DNA of 56,024 nucleotides, from positions 1 through 56,024 of the forward strand of contig CAZICS010000004.1 of NCBI GenBank assembly GCA_964537835.1, written 5' to 3'. The DNA is from an uncultured archaeon (lineage in GTDB: Archaea; Aenigmatarchaeota; Aenigmatarchaeia; CG10238-14; SCSR01). The position numbers were made by a program, and so were the translations under genes. This document shows, piece after piece, positions 9,367-19,208 of this stretch (position 1 is its first letter; every line of letters begins with the position of its first letter). The notes beneath the pieces are model-generated. The model was not told the origin of the DNA and did not search any database. It saw nothing but the letters and a program-made list of their open reading frames with translations.

Positions 9367-10850
9367 AATTCGAATTCTTCTTGCAAAATTTTCCACAAAA
9401 CATTTACTAAATCTTTTATGGCTACTCTAACTTGCTTCGTATCATCCCTATTCCTTAAAGTTACAGTATCGTCTTCCAAGGTTTGGTAGTCTATGGTAAT
9501 TGCTATTGGAGTACCTATTTCATCGCTCCTTGCATACCTTTTACCTATTGAGCCGGTTTCATCATAAAAAACCTCGTAGCATTTTTTAAGCATCTCATAA
9601 ACTTCTTTTGCTTTTTCTGGTAGATCATCTTTGCTGACCAAAGGGAAAACTCCTGCTAAGAAAGGCGCTATTTTTGGCTTAAGTTTAAACCAATCCCACC
9701 CACGCTTTTTATCTTCGACAAAAGAATAAAGTAAAACAGCATAAATTGTCCTATCCACACCAAAGCTTGGCTCGATAACATGAGGGATTATTTTTTCACC
9801 ATCTTCAACTATACTCAGACCTTTGCCTGAATGCTCCATATGGGCTTTCAAGTCATAATCTGTTCTGTAAGCATTTCCAACAACTTCCTTCCAACCGAAG
9901 TCGAATTTAATTTCCAAATCAAAGTTTGCTTTTGAATAGTGAGGAGTCTCTTTTGGAAGCATATGCCTAAACCTTAAGGCTTCTTTCGGTATTCCAAGCA
10001 TTTGATACCATAGAAATTCTTTAGCCAAAAAATATGCCATAAATTTGTTTGGCAAAATTTCTTTTTTAACAGCCTCTTCAACTGTTAGCTCAATAGCTTC
10101 TTCTTCACCTTTTTCCTGCTGTTCTCTCGTCAAAATCCTTATTTTAGTATTTGCATATTTCTTAAAATTCGGACAATCGTTCAGCTTTTCTGGATGAATA
10201 AAGTATTCGATTTCCATCTGCCTAAATTCTCTTAGCCTGATTAAAAACTGGCGAGGAGAAATTTCATTCCTATAGCTTACACCAACTTGAGCTATCCCAA
10301 AAGGCAGTTTTGCTCGAGTAGCATTTAAAATATTTTTAAAATTTACAAAAATTCCCTGAGCGGTTTCAGGCCTTAAGTAGGCTAGATTTTCTTTAACTGG
10401 GCTGACCTGGGTTGAAAGCATAAGATTAAAAATCCTTACCTCGCTGAGCTCTCCGTCGCACTTAGGGCATTTAATTCCGTTCTCTCTCAGTAGTTTAGTC
10501 AATTCTGCTGGTTTTAAACCTTCAACCACTTTTCCTGTCTTTTCTTGAATTAGATCGTCTGCTCTAAAAAAAGAGTTGCATTTTTTGCATTGGGTTAAAG
10601 GGTCGATGAAATCTTTTAGATGACCGGAAGCTTCCCAAACTTTTTCTGGCATTATTGTGCAGGTTTGAATTTCAAAAATATTATCTTCTTTTAGAAAAAA
10701 TTCCCTCCAAAAATTTTCAATTTTAGTTTTCAATAAAAATCCTAGAGGCCCATAATCGAAGAAGCCAGACAAGCCACCATAAATCTCGCTAGAAGGCCAA
10801 ACAAATCCTCTTCTCTTAGCAATCGAAATTATTTTTTCTACGTTTGCCAT
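9363..10850 (-). CDS. glyS: Glycine--tRNA ligase (archaeal/eukaryal type)
   Basis: KRRGF, YLRPETAQGIF, FRNEISPR-like motif 2, VIEPSFGVDR, SIGKRYARSDEIG. Confidence 0.97.
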   Translation of the reverse strand: MANVEKIISIAKRRGFVWPSSEIYGGLSGFFDYGPLGFLLKTKIENFWREFFLKEDNIFEIQTCTIMPEKVWEASGHLKDFIDPLTQCKKCNSFFRADDLIQEKTGKVVEGLKPAELTKLLRENGIKCPKCDGELSEVRIFNLMLSTQVSPVKENLAYLRPETAQGIFVNFKNILNATRAKLPFGIAQVGVSYRNEISPRQFLIRLREFRQMEIEYFIHPEKLNDCPNFKKYANTKIRILTREQQEKGEEEAIELTVEEAVKKEILPNKFMAYFLAKEFLWYQMLGIPKEALRFRHMLPKETPHYSKANFDLEIKFDFGWKEVVGNAYRTDYDLKAHMEHSGKGLSIVEDGEKIIPHVIEPSFGVDRTIYAVLLYSFVEDKKRGWDWFKLKPKIAPFLAGVFPLVSKDDLPEKAKEVYEMLKKCYEVFYDETGSIGKRYARSDEIGTPIAITIDYQTLEDDTVTLRNRDDTKQVRVAIKDLVNVLWKILQEEFEF

Positions 10851-10878
10851 AATCTTTTGCTAGTTTTCGAAAAATAAA

Positions 10879-11901
10879 TTATTTTAACCATCCTGCTAAG
10901 CTAGTTTGTCTTCCAGAAGTGAAGGCTTGGTGTAGCTTGTCTATGACTTTCTCTACTCTTTCTAAAGAAAAATCATGTTCTTCGACCATAAACTCGATTA
11001 TTTCTTCCTTGTTTGGAGCCTTCCACTCAAGCTTATACTTGTTAGTAGCAGGAGGGTTTAAGAAAAATTTGTAAATTTGCTCTGCATCAACCTCTCCTTC
11101 CCATTTAACTTTTTGCAAAACCCTTTTCAAAGTTTTATTTTCTTTTACCAGCTTCAAAGCAGTTTTTGGACCAACTCCTTTTACTCCAGGATTATAATCT
11201 GTTCCAACCAATAAGCCAATTATTACTAGTTGCTCTTGCGTTATCCCCAAAGTTTTTAAAACTTCTTCTAATTCGATAATCTCTGGTTTGATTTCAATGT
11301 AAACTTCCTTTCTAGGTAACTTTCTTTTTCCGGTAATCGAAAGATTTCTAACTAGACGAGGAGAACCAACTAAGAGAGAATCATAGTCTTGGGAGGCAGA
11401 AGCCCATACATCACCCTTTTTACACATATGAGCGCATTGCATTTCTCCTTCGCTAGGAGCTTGAACCCATGGAATTCCCATATAATCTAAAAGTTTTTTA
11501 CAATCTTCTACCATCTCTTCGGTTAAAACAGCTGTTGCTTGAGCATAGGTTATTGCTTTTTCTCCTTTTTTCAAAGCTTCCTCCCATTTTTTCTTGGCCT
11601 CTTCTTTCATTCTTTCCCTCTCTTCCAAAGTTTTAAGCTTGAATTTAGGTGGTTCTCCATCAAAGACATAAACTGGTTTAATCCCTGCTTCTATCAGGTT
11701 AGCTGTTCTATAGAATAAGCCAGAAAGATGAGAAGTTACTCTACCTTTAGAATCTCTCAAAGGCTCGCCTGTCATCCTATCCCTAATTATGCTTAGGAAT
11801 TGGTAGCAAGCGTTGAAAGCGTCTATCGCTATTTTTTTGCCAGATAAGGCTGTTAGCTCAACTTCTTTTTTTGGAACCAGATCTTTGAGATTTACTCCCA
11901 T
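10879..11901 (-). CDS. fen: Flap endonuclease 1
   Basis: [43 protein letters not shown]-terminal PIP box QTSLAGW. Confidence 0.97.
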   Translation of the reverse strand: MGVNLKDLVPKKEVELTALSGKKIAIDAFNACYQFLSIIRDRMTGEPLRDSKGRVTSHLSGLFYRTANLIEAGIKPVYVFDGEPPKFKLKTLEERERMKEEAKKKWEEALKKGEKAITYAQATAVLTEEMVEDCKKLLDYMGIPWVQAPSEGEMQCAHMCKKGDVWASASQDYDSLLVGSPRLVRNLSITGKRKLPRKEVYIEIKPEIIELEEVLKTLGITQEQLVIIGLLVGTDYNPGVKGVGPKTALKLVKENKTLKRVLQKVKWEGEVDAEQIYKFFLNPPATNKYKLEWKAPNKEEIIEFMVEEHDFSLERVEKVIDKLHQAFTSGRQTSLAGWLK

Positions 11902-11965
11902 GCGAACACTAAAATTAACTTGAAAGAACTACTTAAAATTATTTTTCAAAATAGAAAAAAAGTAG

Positions 11966-12232
11966 CTACCTTCTCTTCTTCCTTTTCTTTGCTTTTCTTG
12001 CTTTCCTTCTTGCTTCTCTCTTTGCTCTCTCTTCTTCCTCCTTAAGCTCTCTCTCTATCTTCCATTCATCTATCTCTAGCCATACTATGAAGACTCCTAG
12101 CAAGAAAACGAATGGAGGTATTGCTCCGTTTAAAACTGTTAGAAAATCTTGCCAGTTTCTGTCTTGAACAATCCACCATACGCTTCCTACTATCAAGATT
12201 ATTCCTACGATTATTTTGGCTAGCGGATGCAA
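11966..12232 (-). CDS. Small membrane protein with charged C-terminal tail
   Basis: Two TM segments then an E/R/K-rich tail; TTG start preceded by AAGGTGA. Confidence 0.7.
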   Translation of the reverse strand: MHPLAKIIVGIILIVGSVWWIVQDRNWQDFLTVLNGAIPPFVFLLGVFIVWLEIDEWKIERELKEEEERAKREARRKARKAKKRKKRR

Positions 12233-12295
12233 CGAATCACCTTAAAAGATTTTAATAAAGAAGAGTATTTAAACTTTATAGTATAAGTGATTTTT

Positions 12296-12826
12296 ATGGT
12301 CAAAAGCTTTTACAGGTATATTTCAAAATTTTGGAAGAGACCAAAAGAGTATTTAGGTGAAATTTTTAAGAAAAGATTGATAGAGTGGAGAAAAGAACCT
12401 ACTGTTAAGAGAATAGAAAAACCTACTCGCTTGGACAGAGCTAGAGCCTTGGGTTATAGAGCAAAGCAAGGTTTTGTTGTAGCTAGAGTTAAAGTAAGGA
12501 AAGGTGGGAGAAGAAGGAGGTTGTATGGAAGAGGAGGAAGAAAACCGAGCAAAGCGGGTTTAGTAAGGTTTAAGCCTAAAAAAAGCTTGAAATGGGTAGC
12601 TGAAGAAAAGGCTCAAAGAAAGTTTCCAAACCTAGAAGTTTTAAATTCTTATCCTGTTGGAGAAGATGGTCAATATAAGTTTTTTGAAGTTATTTTGATT
12701 GATCCAAACCATCCCAATATCAAGTCTGATCCTAAGATAAAATGGATTGCTGAAAAACAGCATAGAAAAAGAGTTTTTAGAGGTTTGACTTCAGCAGGGA
12801 AGAAAGCAAGAGGATTAAAAGCTTAA
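12296..12826 (+). CDS. rpl15e: 50S ribosomal protein L15e
   Basis: [47 protein letters not shown]; ATG at 12296 after AAGTGA. Confidence 0.97.
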   Translation: MVKSFYRYISKFWKRPKEYLGEIFKKRLIEWRKEPTVKRIEKPTRLDRARALGYRAKQGFVVARVKVRKGGRRRRLYGRGGRKPSKAGLVRFKPKKSLKWVAEEKAQRKFPNLEVLNSYPVGEDGQYKFFEVILIDPNHPNIKSDPKIKWIAEKQHRKRVFRGLTSAGKKARGLKA

Positions 12827-12900
12827 CTTAAGAACTTTATTTTCCACTTAATTTTCTTTTAAGCGTCACTAAATTTAAGTTATTTATTCAAATTCTAATT

Positions 12901-13617
12901 ATGAAATTTTTCGATTTCCATGTTCATTCGGCTTTTAGCGGAGGTGAATCTAGCTTAGAAGAATTAGCTTCTATGGCAAAAAAATTAGGCTATAAAGGAA
13001 TTTGTTTTACTGCTTATCCTTTAAGCAAAAATGAAGAAGAAATTTTAAAGGCTGAAATTGAAAGAGTGAAAAAAGCTATTGGGATTGAAATTTGGCTTGG
13101 ATATGAAGCAAGGAATTTGAAAGAACTGAAGAAGTTAACTAAAAGAAGGAAAGAATTCGATGTTTTGCTTGTAAGAGGTGGGGATATAAGATTAAATAGA
13201 GCTGCTTGTGAAACACCAGAGGTTGACATTTTAACCCATCCTGAATTTCAAAGACAAGATCCTGGCTTAGACCATGTAGGAATTAAATTAGCTGCAAAAA
13301 ATAGGGTTGCCATTGAAATAAATTTTAGAGAGATTTTATTTTCAACCAAAAGAACAAGAAGTTTAATTCTAAAAAATATAGCTCAAAATGTAAGGTTGGC
13401 AAAAAAGTATAAAGCTCCTATAATAATTTGCTCAGGAGCCATATCTCACTGGGAATTGAGAGCACCAGAATGCTTGATTTCAATGGCTTGTCAACTTGGA
13501 TTGGAATTGAAGGAAGCGAAAGATGCTTTATCCAAGGTTCCTCAAGAAATAATTAAGCTAATTAAAGAAAGAAAAAGCAAGGATTGGGTTATGCCTGGAG
13601 TGAAGGTGGTTAAATGA
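12901..13617 (+). CDS. rnp3: RNase P protein component 3 (Rpp30)
   Basis: PHP-like fold start DFHVH, VDILTHP, AAKNRVAIEINF; precedes rnp2-psmA. Confidence 0.92.
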   Translation: MKFFDFHVHSAFSGGESSLEELASMAKKLGYKGICFTAYPLSKNEEEILKAEIERVKKAIGIEIWLGYEARNLKELKKLTKRRKEFDVLLVRGGDIRLNRAACETPEVDILTHPEFQRQDPGLDHVGIKLAAKNRVAIEINFREILFSTKRTRSLILKNIAQNVRLAKKYKAPIIICSGAISHWELRAPECLISMACQLGLELKEAKDALSKVPQEIIKLIKERKSKDWVMPGVKVVK

Positions 13618-14024
13618 ACGTCAAAAAAAGACTTAAGGTTTTAATTCCAACCCTGAGAGAAAAAGAAAGGTATATAGCTTTCCAAATAATTTCGGAAGAA
13701 CCAATTAGCTATTCAGATTTGGAGGCTGCTCTTTGGAATACCATGCTTGAATTTTTTGGAGAATATGGAGTAAGCAAAACTTCTGTTTGGTTAATCAAGA
13801 ATTTGTACGACCAAAAAAAGCAGATAGGAGTTATAAAATGCAACCACAAATCTGTAGCTCAAGTGATAGCTTGCTTGGGTTTGATTTCAAGATTAGGCGA
13901 ATCTAGAGTTGTGTTTAAAATATTAAAAGTTTCGGGAACAATAAAAGGATTAAGATTAAATCAATTTAAGAATACAAAAATAAAAAATAATGAGGTGATG
14001 AATTATCCCGCAGATACTTCCTGA
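13614..14024 (+). CDS. rnp2: RNase P protein component 2 (Pop5/Rpp14)
   Basis: PTLREKERYIAF, FFGEYG, KVSGTIKG. Confidence 0.93.
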   Translation: MNVKKRLKVLIPTLREKERYIAFQIISEEPISYSDLEAALWNTMLEFFGEYGVSKTSVWLIKNLYDQKKQIGVIKCNHKSVAQVIACLGLISRLGESRVVFKILKVSGTIKGLRLNQFKNTKIKNNEVMNYPADTS

Positions 14025-14028
14025 GTAT

Positions 14029-14703
14029 ATGGGTTACGATAGAACAATTGCCGTATTTTCACCAGATGGAAGATTGTTTCAGGTCGAGTATGCGAAAGAA
14101 GCTGTGAAAAGAGGAGCTACAGCCTTAGGAATAGTTTTTAAAGATGGTATTTTGCTTGCGACAGTTAAACCAGCTGCCAAGCTAATGGTTACTCAATCTT
14201 TAGAAAAAATTTTCCAGATAGATGATCATATAGGGGCTGTAGCCTCTGGTTTGCTCGCTGATGCAAGAATTTTAATCAATCAAGCTAGAATAAGAGCTCA
14301 AGTTCATAGGATTACTTATGAGGAGCCAATAGATGTTTGGAATTTAGCAAGAGTAATTGGAGATAGGATGCAATTATCAACGCTCTATGCAGGCCTAAGA
14401 CCGTTTGGGGTAACTATATTAATAGCTGGTTTAGACAAAACTGGAAAGCATTTAATAGAATCCGATCCTTCTGGAATGCTGTATGAATGGAAAGCATATG
14501 CAATAGGAAGAGGAGGGAATCTAGCGAATAAAATATTAAAGCAGAAATGGAAGGAAGACTTGAGTGAGAAGGATGCCATAAAACTAGCTTTGGATATAAT
14601 CGAAAAAACAGAAAAGGAGAAGAAAGGAATGAGCATAGATATGGCAGTCATAAGGGAAAAAGAGAAAAAATTTAAAAAGCTAGAAGAAAAAGAAATTAAG
14701 TAA
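14029..14703 (+). CDS. psmA: Proteasome subunit alpha (true start may be upstream, near 14002-14005)
   Basis: GYDRTIAVFSPDGRLFQVEYA, GLRPFG, DPSG. Confidence 0.96.
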   Translation: MGYDRTIAVFSPDGRLFQVEYAKEAVKRGATALGIVFKDGILLATVKPAAKLMVTQSLEKIFQIDDHIGAVASGLLADARILINQARIRAQVHRITYEEPIDVWNLARVIGDRMQLSTLYAGLRPFGVTILIAGLDKTGKHLIESDPSGMLYEWKAYAIGRGGNLANKILKQKWKEDLSEKDAIKLALDIIEKTEKEKKGMSIDMAVIREKEKKFKKLEEKEIK

Positions 14704-14717
14704 CCGGAGGAATTTAC

Positions 14718-15425
14718 TTGCCTGTAAGCGTAGATAAGGCAGTAGTTAGTAGATTAATTGTTTCTGGGGAAAAATTCGAGATTTTAGTAGATCCAAAGCT
14801 GGCTTTTGAGTTTAAAAGAGGAAAAAAGATAGAAATTTCCGAAATCCTTGCAGTTCCAGAAGTTTTTAAGGATGTAAGAACTACTGAAAGAGTCGGAAGC
14901 GAAGAATTGAAAAAGTTTTTTGGGACAGATGATGTTTACAAAGTTGCCGAAAGAATTATCAAAGAAGGTGAGCTAAGGCTTACGACCGAGCAAAAAAGGA
15001 AGATGATAGAAGAAAAAAGAATTCAAATAGCCAACCTTATTTCAAAAAGAGGTATAAATCCGCAAACCAATACGCCTCATCCTCCTCAAAGAATATTGAA
15101 TGTTATGGAGCAGGTTGGTGTGAGCATAGATCCTTTCTTGGATGCTGAACTCCAAGTCGATAAGGTGGTTGAAGCAATAAAAAATGTGTTACCCATAAAG
15201 TTCCAAAGAGTTTTGATTCAGCTCAAAATACCTCCCCAATTTGCTGGAAGAGCTTATTCCATTCTCAAGCTTGGGAAAATAGTAAACGAGAAATGGTTGG
15301 AAGATGGGAGCTTGCAGGTGGATGTTGAAATTCTTGCTGGCTTACAAGAAGAGCTTTTCCAGAAGATTTCAGCTTTAACGCATGGAAATTTCGAATCTAA
15401 AGTTTTGAGGAGGGAAGAAATTTGA
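14718..15425 (+). CDS. Ribosome maturation factor SBDS/Sdo1
   Basis: GEKFEILVDP, LTTEQKR, INPQTNTPHPPQRI; TTG start after GGAGG. Confidence 0.95.
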   Translation: MPVSVDKAVVSRLIVSGEKFEILVDPKLAFEFKRGKKIEISEILAVPEVFKDVRTTERVGSEELKKFFGTDDVYKVAERIIKEGELRLTTEQKRKMIEEKRIQIANLISKRGINPQTNTPHPPQRILNVMEQVGVSIDPFLDAELQVDKVVEAIKNVLPIKFQRVLIQLKIPPQFAGRAYSILKLGKIVNEKWLEDGSLQVDVEILAGLQEELFQKISALTHGNFESKVLRREEI

Positions 15426-16102
15426 GCGAGAAAGAGAGGCCAATAGTTTTGCCTGGAGAATTTGTAGATGAGAAAAAAGGGAGGAAGCTTGGAGATAATG
15501 TTTACGAAGAAGATGGAAAAGTTTTTTCGAAAGTCATAGGTATTCCAAAACTAACTGAGAATGAAATTTCTGTCATAGCTTTAGCTGGAAAATACGTGCC
15601 AAAGGTTGGGGATAGGGTTATAGGGGTTATATTGGATGTGGAAGTTTCTGGTTGGTTTGTGGATATAAATTCGCCCTACATCGCATTCTTACCTTTAGGA
15701 GAAGCTGTTGAAGAGTTTGTCGATACTTCAAGGGTGGATATAAGCAAGTACTATGATGTCAATGAAATAATTTTTTGCAGAATTTCAAAAGTTGCCAAGA
15801 ATAAGACTGTTCAAGTTACTATGCACGACTTGCATGCTAAAAAGCTTGTGGGAGGAGTTTTGGTTAAGATCACCCCAAGCAAAGTTCCTAGGGTTATAGG
15901 AAAGGGAGGAAGTATGATAAATTTAATCAAGAAGAAAACCAAATGTGAGTTGCTAGTAGGGCAAAATGGGGTTATATGGGTTAAGGGTAAGAATAAAGCC
16001 AAAGCTATAGAGGCTATTCTTTTAATAGAGAAAGAGTCCCATATAATTGGATTGACTGAAAAGGTTGAAAGGATGTTGAGTGAGGGAAATGAAAAAAAGT
16101 GA
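15422..16102 (+). CDS. rrp4: Exosome RNA-binding subunit Rrp4
   Basis: VLPGE, YVPKVGDRVIG (S1), KVPRVIGKGGSMI (KH), GQNGVIW. Confidence 0.95.
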   Translation: MSEKERPIVLPGEFVDEKKGRKLGDNVYEEDGKVFSKVIGIPKLTENEISVIALAGKYVPKVGDRVIGVILDVEVSGWFVDINSPYIAFLPLGEAVEEFVDTSRVDISKYYDVNEIIFCRISKVAKNKTVQVTMHDLHAKKLVGGVLVKITPSKVPRVIGKGGSMINLIKKKTKCELLVGQNGVIWVKGKNKAKAIEAILLIEKESHIIGLTEKVERMLSEGNEKK

Positions 16103-16808
16103 GGAGAAATTGATAGTTGATGGTAAAAGAATAGATGGTAGATTGCCAGATCAATTGAGGAATATAGAGGTAAAGGTGGATGTTATATCAAGAGCCGATG
16201 GTTCCGCAGAAGTTGCTTTTGGGAATACAAGAGTAATAGCTTCCGTTTATGGACCTAGAGCTTTGTATCCAAAACATTTGCAGGAATATGAAAGCTCGAT
16301 TTTAAGATGTAGGTACAGCATGGCCCCTTTTAGCGTGGATGAGAGAAAATCTCCTGTTCCTGATAGAAGAAGCATAGAGCTTTCAAAAGTCATAAGATTA
16401 GCTCTGGAGCCAGCTATATTCTTGGAAGATTTTCCAAAGACAGCCATAGACGTTTTTCTTGAAGTTGTGCAGGCAGATGGGTCTACAAGGGTAACTGGAA
16501 TAAACGCAGCAAGCTTAGCTTTAGCATTAGCAGGAATACCCATGCGCGATTTGGTTTGTGCATGTTCGGTAGGAAAAGTAGACGGCACTCTGGTTGTTGA
16601 TTTAAATGGTAAGGAAGATAATTTTGGAGAAGCAGATGTTGCTTTCGCGATGATGCCTAGCAAGAATAAAATTACTTTGCTTCAAATGGATGGTCTTTTG
16701 AGCAAAGAAGAGCTTAAAAAGCTCATCGAGATGGCTAAGGAAGCTTGTAAAAAAATATATGAATTGCAGAAAAAGGCTTTAAGAGAAAAATATAAGGTGA
16801 AGGAATAA
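16089..16808 (+). CDS. rrp41: Exosome subunit Rrp41
   Basis: RADGSA, SVYGPR, YSMAPFS, DRRSIELS, QADGSTR. Confidence 0.96.
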   Translation: MKKSEEKLIVDGKRIDGRLPDQLRNIEVKVDVISRADGSAEVAFGNTRVIASVYGPRALYPKHLQEYESSILRCRYSMAPFSVDERKSPVPDRRSIELSKVIRLALEPAIFLEDFPKTAIDVFLEVVQADGSTRVTGINAASLALALAGIPMRDLVCACSVGKVDGTLVVDLNGKEDNFGEADVAFAMMPSKNKITLLQMDGLLSKEELKKLIEMAKEACKKIYELQKKALREKYKVKE

Positions 16809-17566
16809 TGGAGTCTTATGTTTTAGAACTTTTGGAAAAGGGAAGAAGAATAGATGGAAGGAAGTTTGATGAATTTAGAGAAATAAGGATTGAGGAAAAT
16901 GTAGTCCAGAAAGCTGAGGGTTCTGCCTCAGTTTGGCTGGGTGAAACTCGTGTGATAGCAGGTGTTAAGCTTGAGTTAGGAACGCCCTATGCAGACTCTC
17001 CAGACCAAGGAGTTCTTATAGTCAATGCAGAATTCACTCCTTTAGCATCTCCAGACTTTGAACCAGGACCTCCTGGAGAGGATGCCATAGAGCTTGCAAG
17101 AGTTGTTGATAGAGGAATAAGGGAATCTGAGTGCATAGAACTGGAAAAGCTTTGCATAACTCCTGGAGAAAAAGTTTGGTGTATTTTTGTTGATATTTCA
17201 ATATTAAACCATCAAGGCAATCTGTTGGATGCTTCAGCTCTAGCTAGCTTGGTTGCTTTAAGAAATACAAGAATTCCAAAGCTAGAGGATGATAAAATAA
17301 TTAGAGGGGAATATGAAGGAAAATTACCAGTAAGGTATAAGCCTATAAACATTTCTGTCGCAAAGATAGGAAATGCGCTTTTAATAGACCCAAACTTCGA
17401 GGAGGAAAAAGTTGTTGAGTCTAAAGTAAGCATAAGCGTTAGGGATGATGATAAAATTTGTGCTATTCAGAAGCAAGGTAGCAAAGAAATAAGCTTCGAG
17501 GAAATGGATAAAATATTTGATTTAGCTTTAGAAAAAAGTAAGGAGATAAGGAAGTTGGTGAAGTAA
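16808..17566 (+). CDS. rrp42: Exosome subunit Rrp42
   Basis: GRRIDGRKFDEFR, KAEGSA, FEPGPP, ELARVVDRGIRES, GNLLDA. Confidence 0.96.
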   Translation: MESYVLELLEKGRRIDGRKFDEFREIRIEENVVQKAEGSASVWLGETRVIAGVKLELGTPYADSPDQGVLIVNAEFTPLASPDFEPGPPGEDAIELARVVDRGIRESECIELEKLCITPGEKVWCIFVDISILNHQGNLLDASALASLVALRNTRIPKLEDDKIIRGEYEGKLPVRYKPINISVAKIGNALLIDPNFEEEKVVESKVSISVRDDDKICAIQKQGSKEISFEEMDKIFDLALEKSKEIRKLVK

Positions 17567-17734
17567 ATGGGTAAAAAAAGCTTGAGTAAGAAAATTAAGC
17601 TTGGAAAAATAGGGAAGATAAAGACTGCTCCTAGATGGGCTGATATAAAAAAGTTTGGACTAAAAAGAGCAAGAACTAGAAGAATAAACGTAAATAAAAT
17701 AAAAAGGTGGAGGCGAAGCAAGCTTAAGGTTTAA
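17567..17734 (+). CDS. rpl39e: 50S ribosomal protein L39e
   Basis: Not in ORF track; 55 aa MGKKSLSKKIKL...APRWADIKKFG...KRWRRSKLKV. Confidence 0.88.
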   Translation: MGKKSLSKKIKLGKIGKIKTAPRWADIKKFGLKRARTRRINVNKIKRWRRSKLKV

Positions 17735-18228
17735 ACTGATTCTTCTGCAGTAACTACTTCAGTATCCTGACACTTTGCTGTTACCCTAACTTTTGTTATA
17801 GAACCTGTCAAATCTCTATCTAACTTGAGAACAAATGTATAGCTTTCTCCTGGCTTCATTGGATAGGTTGCAGCTGATGTTTTATTGAATGGCGAAACCC
17901 AATCAGAAGCTGTTTTCCCTATGTTTCCAGCGCTATCAGTTATGTAAAATGTGAAGTTATAGAGATCTTCAGATCCTGCATAATAAGTTACGCTAACATT
18001 TATATCCCCTAGTGTGCTTCCTTTTGGGTCAGTTTTATTGTAGTAAACAGTTCCAATATCCAAAACCGATTTAGAACAAGCAATTAGCTTTTCTGCTCCT
18101 GCTCCTGCAACTCCTGTTTGAGTTTTTGTCATGCTGGTTATCCAAACGCTCAACAAGCCTCCTATTGCTACTGTAAAAGCTATGAGCAAGATTACAGCAA
18201 GCATTGGGCTTATTCCTTTCATATCCAT
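17731..18228 (-). CDS. Archaeal type IV pilin (class III signal peptide)
   Basis: MDMKG|ISPMLAVILLIAFTVAIGGLL prepilin cleavage motif; beta-rich C-domain with two Cys. Confidence 0.9.
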   Translation of the reverse strand: MDMKGISPMLAVILLIAFTVAIGGLLSVWITSMTKTQTGVAGAGAEKLIACSKSVLDIGTVYYNKTDPKGSTLGDINVSVTYYAGSEDLYNFTFYITDSAGNIGKTASDWVSPFNKTSAATYPMKPGESYTFVLKLDRDLTGSITKVRVTAKCQDTEVVTAEESV

Positions 18229-18285
18229 CTAATTAAATTTTAGTTTTTCTTGCTTTAAATATTTGAAGTTTTAAAATAAGAAAAT

Positions 18286-18534
18286 ATGGTTGAAGAACGA
18301 ATAATAACGATTAATCTAAGAAAAGAATTAATTAAAAAGCCTAGATGGAAGAAGAAAAAGCTTGCTGTAAAAATTTTGAGGAAAAAACTTGAAAGATACT
18401 TGAAAGGTAAAGTAAAACTTGATAAATCAATCAACGAGAAAATTTTTGGAAGTGAGAAAAAGTTTAAGACTAAGTTAAGGATTAAAGTTGTAAAAAAAGA
18501 TGAGAAAACTTTTGAAGCTAAGTTGATGGCATGA
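18286..18534 (+). CDS. rpl31e: 50S ribosomal protein L31e
   Basis: ERIITINLR, PRWKKKKLAVK, VKLDKSINEKIF; precedes aIF6. Confidence 0.88.
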   Translation: MVEERIITINLRKELIKKPRWKKKKLAVKILRKKLERYLKGKVKLDKSINEKIFGSEKKFKTKLRIKVVKKDEKTFEAKLMA

Positions 18535-19208
18535 AAACCTTGCTTTTAAACTTTCATGGAGATTGTAATTTGGGTTTGTTTGGAAAAGCAAGTGAAAATT
18601 TTTGTATTCTGGGTAAGTTCGTGCTTGAGAAAGACAGAAGAAAAATCGAAAAAGTTTTAAAAGTTAAAGTTTTCAAGACAAGCGTTGCTAATACAGACCT
18701 AATCGGACTATTCCTTGCGTTAAATTCCAATGGTATAATCCTTCCAAAAATAGTTACTGAAGAAGAAATGAAATCTTTTGAAAAATTTAGAAAAGAGCTT
18801 GATTTAAATTTAGAAATACTTGACTCAAAGTATACTGCTTTAGGAAACCTAATTCTATGCAACGATAAAGGAGCAATAATAAGCAAGCTCTTCAAGAAAA
18901 AGGAGAAAAAGCTTATAGAAGATTGTTTAGGCGTAAAAGCTGAATATGGGCGTATAGCAGATCTTGACATAGTTGGAGCTTGTGGTATAGCTACCAACAA
19001 AGGGTGCTTACTCCATAGAGATGTAAAAGAAGATGAAGCGAAAAAAATCGAAGAAGTGTTAAAAGTGAAAGCCGATATAGGAACTGTAAACTTTGGTTCC
19101 CCTTACGTTTCTAGCGGTTTGATACCGAATAGTAAAGGTGTTGCAATAGGGGATAAGACGACAGGGCCAGAAATAGTAAGGATAACAGAAGCATTGAATT
19201 TAATTTAA
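18531..19208 (+). CDS. eif6: Translation initiation factor 6 (aIF6)
   Basis: NSNGIILP, TALGNLILCND, GTVNFGSPYVSSG, TTGPE. Confidence 0.96.
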   Translation: MKTLLLNFHGDCNLGLFGKASENFCILGKFVLEKDRRKIEKVLKVKVFKTSVANTDLIGLFLALNSNGIILPKIVTEEEMKSFEKFRKELDLNLEILDSKYTALGNLILCNDKGAIISKLFKKKEKKLIEDCLGVKAEYGRIADLDIVGACGIATNKGCLLHRDVKEDEAKKIEEVLKVKADIGTVNFGSPYVSSGLIPNSKGVAIGDKTTGPEIVRITEALNLI

